DNA from: Bacteroidota bacterium
Lineage (GTDB): Bacteria > Bacteroidota > Bacteroidia > NS11-12g > UBA955
Length of the DNA: 64,000 nt
Assembly: GCA_013205405.1 (NCBI GenBank)
Contig: JABMMZ010000065.1
Coordinates: 3,252-67,251 of the forward strand
Reading direction: 5' to 3'
Below are positions 57,623 through 64,000 of this stretch, in pieces. Each line of letters starts with the position of its first letter. Within the stretch, counting starts at the first letter, position 1. A program made the position numbers and the translations under genes. The notes beneath the pieces are model-generated. The model made no database searches. It was given only the letters and a program-made list of their open reading frames with translations, and was not told the origin of the DNA.

Positions 57623-59779
57623 ATGAAATTATTTAAAACATTTATTCTATTTACGTTTTGTATTTTAACAACTGCCACTCTAGCGCAACCACAAGGACCG
57701 CCTCCGCCCAAATTTAAAATTACATTTAGCAATAATAACCCTCAAACAGGGGATATTATAGAAGTAATTTTTAAAGCAGATATACCTGCTGGCATACACA
57801 TGTATAGCACATACAATAAGTGTGATGTTGGGCCTTTGAAATTTGAAGTTAAATTTAAACAAAATGATGGTTTTTGCACACAGGGTGCTCCTTTTAGCTT
57901 GGGCGATAAACATATAATAGATGATATTTTTAATTGCGAAGTAGGTGAGTTTTTTAACAAAGCAGAAATACATCAAAAAATAAAAATACTGGGCAATGAG
58001 CTAAAAATAGAAGCCAATATTGAAGGACAATGGTGCAGCGAAACTGCGTGTTTTAATTTTGGAGGAAATATAACGCCTTTAAAAGTAAGCGCATTACTTA
58101 AAGCCTTTGGAACACCAACACTTTGCGATGATAAAAGTATTAAACCTATTGAAACATTTGTAGTAGATACTGTGCCAAAAGAAATTATTGTAATAGACAC
58201 CACTCAAACAGATACTGATAAAAATTGCACCAATTGCAGTTATAAAGTTACAGATGCTAGTGATAATGCCAAATGCCAAGTAAAAACCTTTAATGGACAA
58301 AGTTCTGAAACAGAAAAAGAAAGTTATTGGGGTTTGTTCATCATTGCTTTTCTATCTGGTCTGGCAGGCTTACTTACTCCATGCGTTTTCCCTATGATTC
58401 CTATGACAATTTCGTTTTTTATGAAAGATGAAAAAAGCAGAAGACGCTCCATCATCAATGGATTATTTTTTGGTTTATCCATAGTGCTTATTTATGTAAT
58501 ATTAGGTGTTATTGTTTCAGCAATTTTTGGAGAAAAAGCTGGTAATTTTTTGGCCACACATTGGTTACCTAATATTTTATTTTTTATTGTATTTTTAGTG
58601 TTTGCTTTTTCGTTTTTTGGCGCTTTTGAAATCATGTTGCCTAGTTGGTTGGTGAACAAAGTAGATAGACAAGCTGATAAAGGCGGCTATTATGGTATTT
58701 TCTTTATGGCATTGACATTGGCAATTGTTTCTTTTTCATGCACCGGTCCTATAGTGAGTTCAGTATTGGTGGGCAGCGCTAATGGACAATTTGAGCGCCC
58801 CATTTTGGCCATGCTTGGCTTTGGGCTAGCATTTGCTTTGCCTTTTAGCCTCTTCGCTATTTTTCCAAGTATGTTGAACCGTTTGCCAAAAAGTGGTGGA
58901 TGGCTCAATTCTGTAAAAGTTGTTTTTGGTTTTTTAGAATTAGCTTTAGCATTCAAATTTTTAAGTATTGTAGATTTAACCAGACACTGGCATATATTAG
59001 ATAGAGAAATATATTTAAGCCTTTGGATAGTTATATTTGGCTTAATGGGTGTTTACCTATTAGGAAAAATAAAATTTTCGCACGATAGTGATTTAAAATT
59101 CTTAAAAGTACCACGTTTGTTATTTGCAGTAGCTACTTTAAGTTTTGTAATGTATTTAATTCCTGGTTTGTGGGGAGCACCATTAAAAGGTTTAGCAGGC
59201 TATTTGCCGCCAATGAGTAGCCAAGATTTTGATATCAACCGAAGTATTAGAGAAGCCAATGGATTGGTTGGCAATATATGCAAAAAACCAAGTTATAGCG
59301 AAAGCCTGCATGTACCATTGGGCTTGAATGGATATTTTGATTATGATGAAGCGATAGCATGTGGTAAAGAACTAAAAAAACCTGTCTTTTTAGATTTTAC
59401 CGGGCACGGCTGCGTAAACTGTAGAAAAATGGAAGAAAAAGTGTGGAGCGACCCAAAGGTATACAAAATACTTTCTGAAGAATATGTAATAGCCTCTTTG
59501 TACGTTGATGACCATGATGTAAAATTAAAAGAAGGAGAGCAATTTACTGGCAGATATAGTGGCGCTAATGTTACAATGTTGGGAGATAAAAATTCTGAGA
59601 TTCAATTATGTTATTTCAAAGGTCTTTCACAGCCATTGTATTGTTTGCTTGATGGCAATGAGAATTTACTACATTTACCTGTTGATACTAAAGTTTATAA
59701 AAATTATTTTGATAAAGAGGAATTTTATAAATTTTTAGAAGCTGGCTTAGCAGAATTTAAAAAACGCAATAAAAAATAA
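57623..59779 (+). CDS. DsbD-family thiol:disulfide interchange protein (N-terminal periplasmic domain, DsbD/CcdA TM core, C-terminal thioredoxin fold)
   Basis: 718 aa with a TM core carrying LLTPCVFPMIP and SFSCTGPIV (the paired membrane Cys), and a C-terminal thioredoxin-like FTGHGCVNCRKME. Confidence 0.85.
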   Translation: MKLFKTFILFTFCILTTATLAQPQGPPPPKFKITFSNNNPQTGDIIEVIFKADIPAGIHMYSTYNKCDVGPLKFEVKFKQNDGFCTQGAPFSLGDKHIIDDIFNCEVGEFFNKAEIHQKIKILGNELKIEANIEGQWCSETACFNFGGNITPLKVSALLKAFGTPTLCDDKSIKPIETFVVDTVPKEIIVIDTTQTDTDKNCTNCSYKVTDASDNAKCQVKTFNGQSSETEKESYWGLFIIAFLSGLAGLLTPCVFPMIPMTISFFMKDEKSRRRSIINGLFFGLSIVLIYVILGVIVSAIFGEKAGNFLATHWLPNILFFIVFLVFAFSFFGAFEIMLPSWLVNKVDRQADKGGYYGIFFMALTLAIVSFSCTGPIVSSVLVGSANGQFERPILAMLGFGLAFALPFSLFAIFPSMLNRLPKSGGWLNSVKVVFGFLELALAFKFLSIVDLTRHWHILDREIYLSLWIVIFGLMGVYLLGKIKFSHDSDLKFLKVPRLLFAVATLSFVMYLIPGLWGAPLKGLAGYLPPMSSQDFDINRSIREANGLVGNICKKPSYSESLHVPLGLNGYFDYDEAIACGKELKKPVFLDFTGHGCVNCRKMEEKVWSDPKVYKILSEEYVIASLYVDDHDVKLKEGEQFTGRYSGANVTMLGDKNSEIQLCYFKGLSQPLYCLLDGNENLLHLPVDTKVYKNYFDKEEFYKFLEAGLAEFKKRNKK

Positions 59780-59902
59780 TAAATATTTAACACCAAGAAG
59801 CGTATTTATTTATACACTTGTAATCAAATTTAAAAAAATAATATACCAGAAAAAAATTAAATTATTATTTGTATCTTTATATTATAGAAAGGAACATAAA
59901 CC

Positions 59903-60496
59903 ATGAAAAACATACTCATAATCTTCGGTCTTTTAGTTAACAGTGTCTACGGTCAAATAAGTTGGAAAAATGCTGATTCAATTATGTTAAAATTTTATCC
60001 TGAGTTGAATAAATTACAACCTTTTAACCAAGATTCTGTTAGAATTTATTTCACTAAAATGCTTAATGGGTACAGATTGTCTAATGGCCTAAATTCACTT
60101 AAAATTGATAGTCTCCTAAAACCTGTGGCCGATGACCAATTAAACTATGTCGCCAAACTTGGTGAAGTAACTCATGAACAACCAACTAAAGGTAAAAAAT
60201 CATCAAGTGACAGGTTTAAATTTTATGGACTCAATTCTGTATCAACCGGTGAAAATTTGATTAAGAATACTTTTTATAAAAACTATCGTCACTTTGAAAT
60301 GATTTCTCAATTCAAATCAAACAGTATTAGTTACATGTACGCTAAGACTTTATTTGAAGGTTGGAAAACCAGCGTAGGTCATAATAAACTAATGTTGACA
60401 GAAAATTATAATAAGTTTTATTTTGATATCAAAATAGTTGAAATTGAAGGTCAAACATTTTTATACGGTATCACTTTGTTTGAGGAAACAGAATAA
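59903..60496 (+). CDS. secreted CAP/SCP (PR-1-like) domain protein
   Basis: 197 aa with a signal peptide. The pattern is YR...GL..L..D..L...A..Q..Y......THEQ, then GENL, then W..S.GH...M. Confidence 0.5.
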   Translation: MKNILIIFGLLVNSVYGQISWKNADSIMLKFYPELNKLQPFNQDSVRIYFTKMLNGYRLSNGLNSLKIDSLLKPVADDQLNYVAKLGEVTHEQPTKGKKSSSDRFKFYGLNSVSTGENLIKNTFYKNYRHFEMISQFKSNSISYMYAKTLFEGWKTSVGHNKLMLTENYNKFYFDIKIVEIEGQTFLYGITLFEETE

Positions 60497-60567
60497 TAAA
60501 AAATCTTTAGGTATTATATATTTTATTAAAATTCTTCCATCATATCAGAAGAGTTTTTTTATTTCCT

Positions 60568-60575
60568 TAACTTTG
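60568..60575 (+). promoter_or_regulatory. -7 promoter element (TAnnTTTG)
   Basis: TAACTTTG, 8 nt upstream of ATG 60584. Confidence 0.4.
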
Positions 60576-60583
60576 CCCTTAGT

Positions 60584-61150
60584 ATGAATGAAATTAAAAA
60601 TCATTTTTTAGAAGCACAACAAGTGCTCGCTAATTTTATTGATAACTCAGAAAATTTTACAGCTATTGAAAAAGCAGGAACTGCAATGGTTAATAGCATC
60701 AAACAAGGTGGAAAAATACTGAGTTGTGGCAATGGTGGCAGTTTGTGCGATGCCATGCACTTTGCCGAGGAGTTAACTGGGCGATACAGAGATAACAGAG
60801 CAGCTTTACCTGCTATAGCCATAAGCGATATAAGCCATATGGCATGTGTAGGCAATGATTACGGATATGAATTCGTATTTTCTAGATACCTAGAAGCTTT
60901 AGGAAATAAAGGAGATGTATTATTAGCCATTAGTACCAGTGGTAATTCAAAAAACATTTTAAGAGCCATAGAAACCGCAAAAAACAAAGGCATGATAGTG
61001 GTAGGATTAACGGGAAAAGATGGTGGTGATATGGCACAACTATGTGATATAGAAATACGCGCTCCTTTTGCCAATTATGCCGATAGAGCGCAAGAAATTC
61101 ATATCAAAGTAATTCATAGCTTAATAGATTTTATTGAGCGGAATGTATAA
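60584..61150 (+). CDS. gmhA: D-sedoheptulose-7-phosphate isomerase (SIS domain)
   Basis: 188 aa with [17 protein letters not shown] and ISTSGNS. Confidence 0.85.
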   Translation: MNEIKNHFLEAQQVLANFIDNSENFTAIEKAGTAMVNSIKQGGKILSCGNGGSLCDAMHFAEELTGRYRDNRAALPAIAISDISHMACVGNDYGYEFVFSRYLEALGNKGDVLLAISTSGNSKNILRAIETAKNKGMIVVGLTGKDGGDMAQLCDIEIRAPFANYADRAQEIHIKVIHSLIDFIERNV

Positions 61151-61158
61151 TATATAAA

Positions 61159-62388
61159 TTACCCTACCAACAACTTCTCCGTATGATTTTGCCCAAACCA
61201 ATAGGGCATTTCATTGATGTCTTCAAAAGCTCTAGTAATTTGTAAACAAGCTTTTTTACCATTTGTAATACTTCCGTGTGTATCAGAAATATCAAGCGCT
61301 GTAGCGGCATTAATTGTAGCTGCATTAAATGCTTCTTTAGGTAACATTTTATTATACAAGCAGGCTAAGCTCATGGTAAACCATAAATTATAATGCGGGC
61401 TGCTCCCAGGGTTAAAATCACTGGCAATTGCTACTGGTAAACCTGCATCTATCATTTGTCTAGCAGGGCTATAGGGTATTTTTAAAAAGAAAGAACTGCC
61501 AGGTAAAATAACGGGCATGGTATTACTTTTTAATAAACAATCTATTTCTACTTCGCTGATATGTTCCAAATGGTCTACAGACAAAGCATTATGAGCTACC
61601 GCCACTTGCACTCCACCTGTTAAACCTAACTCATTGCCATGAATTTTAGGTCTTAAACCAACTTTTAATCCAGCATCTAAAATGCAATTGGTTTCATCTA
61701 CAGTGTAAAAACCAGAATCGCAGAAAACATCTATAAAATCAGCTAAATTTTCCTTTGCTATAATTGGTAACATCTCGTTTATAATGAGGTCTATATATCC
61801 TTGTCTGTTTTGTTTGTATTCTGCTGGTATGGCATGGGCACCTAAAAAAGTAGCCTTAACGGTAATGGGTAAATTTTCTTTTAAACGCTTAATAACCCTT
61901 AGCATTTTTATTTCTGCATCTGTGCTCAAGCCATAGCCACTTTTTATTTCAAAAGCCGAGGTACCACAAGCCATAGCATTATGGGCATAAGCATAAGCCA
62001 TGCTATACAAATTGTCTTCACTGGTATTTTGTAAACTTTTAGCGGAATTTAAAATACCACCGCCTTCGGCAGCTATATCTTCGTATGTTTTACCTTGCAA
62101 GCGCATCACATATTCATTATGTCTGGGTGCTGCAAATACCATGTGGGTATGCGAATCTACAAAACCAGGCATTACCCATTTATTGGTTCCATCTATTATT
62201 TCACCTGAGTAAATTGGGCAATTTTGCATTTCACCAAATGCTTTGATAAGGCCATTCTCTACCTCTAAATAAGCATTTTCTATGGATTCAATATGATTCA
62301 TTTCTGCGCCTTTTAGGCAAGAAATTTGGGCAGGCAAAATGCCAATTAATTTGGTTATGTTTGTAATTAAGTAATTTTTTTTTAGCAT
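61159..62388 (-). CDS. hutI: imidazolonepropionase
   Basis: 409 aa amidohydrolase fold with PGFVDSHTHMVF, VDHLEH and ASDFNPGSS. Confidence 0.85.
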   Translation of the reverse strand: MLKKNYLITNITKLIGILPAQISCLKGAEMNHIESIENAYLEVENGLIKAFGEMQNCPIYSGEIIDGTNKWVMPGFVDSHTHMVFAAPRHNEYVMRLQGKTYEDIAAEGGGILNSAKSLQNTSEDNLYSMAYAYAHNAMACGTSAFEIKSGYGLSTDAEIKMLRVIKRLKENLPITVKATFLGAHAIPAEYKQNRQGYIDLIINEMLPIIAKENLADFIDVFCDSGFYTVDETNCILDAGLKVGLRPKIHGNELGLTGGVQVAVAHNALSVDHLEHISEVEIDCLLKSNTMPVILPGSSFFLKIPYSPARQMIDAGLPVAIASDFNPGSSPHYNLWFTMSLACLYNKMLPKEAFNAATINAATALDISDTHGSITNGKKACLQITRAFEDINEMPYWFGQNHTEKLLVG

Positions 62389-62899
62389 GATTCAAGCAGC
62401 AGATTTACAAAAAATATTAAGCAAAGGTAAAGAAGTTTTTATTGCCGATACTGCACGCGTTTTTGGAAACGTAATTTTAGGCAATGAAGTAAGCATTTGG
62501 TATGGTGCTGTGGCGCGTGGTGATTCTGATTTAATAACTATTGGCAATGGGAGTAATGTGCAGGACACTGCGGTAATACATGTGGATCCAGGTTTTCCAA
62601 CCACCATTGGCGAAAATTGTATTATAGGCCATGGTGCTATTGTGCATGGCGCAACCCTGGCTAATAATGTATTGGTTGGTATGCGCGCCACTATTTTAAA
62701 TGGTGCTCATATTGGTGAGTTCTCTATTATTGGCGCTGGAGCTGTGGTGCCAGAAGGTATGCAAATTCCGCCATATAGCTTAGTTTTAGGTATTCCCGCT
62801 AAAGTTATAAAAACCATTAGTGAAGAACAGAAAGAAAAAATTATAAAAAATGCGGAAAGCTATGTTAAGCTGAGTAAAATTTACTTAGAAAATCAATAA
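62387..62899 (+). CDS. gamma-class carbonic anhydrase family / hexapeptide-repeat protein (YrdA/PaaY-like)
   Basis: 170 aa with left-handed beta-helix hexapeptide repeats (IWYGAVARGD, IGNGSNVQD, IGHGAIVHG). Confidence 0.85.
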   Translation: MIQAADLQKILSKGKEVFIADTARVFGNVILGNEVSIWYGAVARGDSDLITIGNGSNVQDTAVIHVDPGFPTTIGENCIIGHGAIVHGATLANNVLVGMRATILNGAHIGEFSIIGAGAVVPEGMQIPPYSLVLGIPAKVIKTISEEQKEKIIKNAESYVKLSKIYLENQ

Positions 62900-63556
62900 T
62901 TATAATTTCTCAATAGCCATAATACCATCTCGAATAGGTAATAAAATATTTTTTACTCGCTTATCATTTTGAACCATGTTGTTAAATTGATGAATTGCCT
63001 TGGTCTCATCATCTTCAATTTGGGCTTTAGTGTCAACCACTTTGCCACTCCATAATACATTATCGGCCAATATAATACCACCTTTTCTTACTTTTTCAAT
63101 ACATGATTCGTAGTAGGCTGCATATTCCATTTTTTCGGCATCTATCCATACTATATCCCAATGAGGTACCATTTTATTTGCATCATTTATTGACATTAAA
63201 GCATCGCCTATCATTACTTTTATTTTTTGGTTATAAGGGCTTTTTTCAATAAATTGTTGTGCAATTAGTGCTACTTCATGATTTACTTCCAAACTAATCA
63301 CTTTTGAGTTGTCATTTACTAATCCTTCAGCTAAACATAAAGCAGAATAACCAGTATAAGTACCAATATCTAATATATATTGTGGTTTGATTAAGCAGCT
63401 TAAAAAAGCTAAAAATCGGCCTTGTAAATGCCCACTTAGCATGCGTGGAAGCATCACATTTGTATGCGTATATCTATTTAAATTATATAAATGCTCAGGC
63501 TCTTTGCTTGTATGCGATTCTGCATATTGTTGAATATTTTTATCAATAAAATCCAT
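62900..63556 (-). CDS. class I SAM-dependent O-methyltransferase (caffeoyl-CoA OMT-like)
   Basis: 218 aa with SAM motif I ILDIGTYTGYSAL and the metal-binding-type DAEK / ADNVLW motifs of the family. Confidence 0.8.
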   Translation of the reverse strand: MDFIDKNIQQYAESHTSKEPEHLYNLNRYTHTNVMLPRMLSGHLQGRFLAFLSCLIKPQYILDIGTYTGYSALCLAEGLVNDNSKVISLEVNHEVALIAQQFIEKSPYNQKIKVMIGDALMSINDANKMVPHWDIVWIDAEKMEYAAYYESCIEKVRKGGIILADNVLWSGKVVDTKAQIEDDETKAIHQFNNMVQNDKRVKNILLPIRDGIMAIEKL

Positions 63557-63720
63557 CCCAACAAAATTAGTCTAATTATTATTTTAATAATAAAAATTTT
63601 ATGTACGTTTGAATTTTAAAATTATGAATTCATTTTTTAAGTGCTATTCGCCATTTTTTTTCGCCAACTTCATTTTTAGCAAAACATAAATTGCTTTACT
63701 ATTATATATTTCCATTACTA

Positions 63721-64000
63721 ATGAGTATCTTACTTCAAGTTGGCTTATTGGCGAGTATTTTTATATTTTCAAGGTATTTGGCAACAGGTATTTTAGGAAC
63801 TTATATGCCTCATACAATTACCGAATTTAAAGGATTTTGGAGCTTTTTAAATATTTTTAGTGGTTTTTCAATAGCTAAATTACTCTCATTCTTAATCGGA
63901 ATTGGGGTGTTTTTAGTAGGTACTAAGTTGTCTAAATATATTGTTTTAATTGTGCTTTCACCTGTATTTGCCTTATTAAGCGAAAAAGTAGAAGAAATAG
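63721..64000 (+). CDS. EI24/CysZ-like membrane protein, 5' part; runs off the window end and has an ambiguous start
   Basis: The open frame reads MSILLQVGLLASIFIFSRYL...LSPVFALLSEKVEEI. The frame is open from 63628 but has no upstream ATG. A 21-codon ORF in another frame (63624-63689) encodes what looks like the missing N-terminus (see findings). Confidence 0.6.
   Translation, partial: MSILLQVGLLASIFIFSRYLATGILGTYMPHTITEFKGFWSFLNIFSGFSIAKLLSFLIGIGVFLVGTKLSKYIVLIVLSPVFALLSEKVEEI

Noticed and set aside
2305-62691. The many short or medium ORFs in the track nested inside longer genes on the opposite strand or in another frame. Examples: 2305-2583, 3670-3864, 9906-10157, 10256-10680, 17822-19104, 19400-19702, 21327-21536, 21984-22223, 23957-24241, 24571-24855, 25161-25579, 27514-27840, 30052-30237, 30934-31370, 32502-32687, 34264-35279, 37297-37848, 39720-40994, 42147-43475, 44724-44984, 47878-48835, 49761-49958, 50559-51059, 52510-52773, 55278-55595, 57266-58956, 60601-61074, 62000-62212 and 62392-62691.
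   Set aside because: Each overlaps a longer ORF that has strong family motifs. None has recognisable motifs of its own. They are typical shadow ORFs.
1-64000. CRISPR arrays, tRNA/rRNA/tmRNA genes, transposases or integrases, and riboswitches (TPP upstream of the thiamine diphosphokinase gene; purine upstream of the pur genes)
   Set aside because: Reading both strands, I saw no regularly spaced direct repeats, no tRNA-like T-arm or anticodon-arm sequences, no recombinase motifs in any ORF, and no conserved riboswitch cores in the relevant leaders. Small RNAs cannot be excluded without covariance-model searches such as Infernal against Rfam.

Overview
The window is AT-rich DNA from a member of the Bacteroidota. 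Three observations support that assignment: several large proteins end in T9SS/Por-type or gliding-motility C-terminal sorting domains, many genes sit behind TAnnTTTG -7 promoter boxes without Shine-Dalgarno sequences, and the glutamine synthetase is type III. I found no rRNA, tRNA, CRISPR array, transposase or integrase. About 85% of the window (9.9-64 kb) is ordinary core genome. It includes acpP-fabF-rnc, glnN, asd, gdh, psd, leuS, ftsX, uppP, lysS, msrA, purK, kynA and purE. It also includes dusB, cdsA, a DsbD-like protein, gmhA and hutI. Interspersed are three very large secreted or T9SS cargo proteins and several membrane proteins. The left end (1 to about 8.3 kb) is different. By eye it is more AT-rich, and it has no housekeeping genes. 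It encodes a WYL-domain regulator, two paralogous AAA+ ATPases (one truncated by the window edge and absent from the ORF track), and a Cas4-like plus DnaQ-like dual nuclease (DUF2779-type). It also encodes a small two-TM protein and three proteins I cannot place. A 25-nt element, identical at 24 of 25 positions, lies at the same spacing from a -7 box upstream of the AAA+ ATPase gene and upstream of the nuclease gene. In the first case it also sits between the divergent regulator and ATPase promoters. I read this as one regulon and as the best candidate here for an undescribed defence-type system. Other points worth a second look: an in-frame DUF559 (Vsr-like endonuclease) domain of about 190 aa inserted into LeuRS, a Fic-family protein with a degenerate active site, two decayed genes (one with frameshifts, one with in-frame stops), and a T8 tract separating a membrane-protein gene from its apparent N-terminus. 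All family assignments come from motifs read by eye and from memory. No database search was possible.
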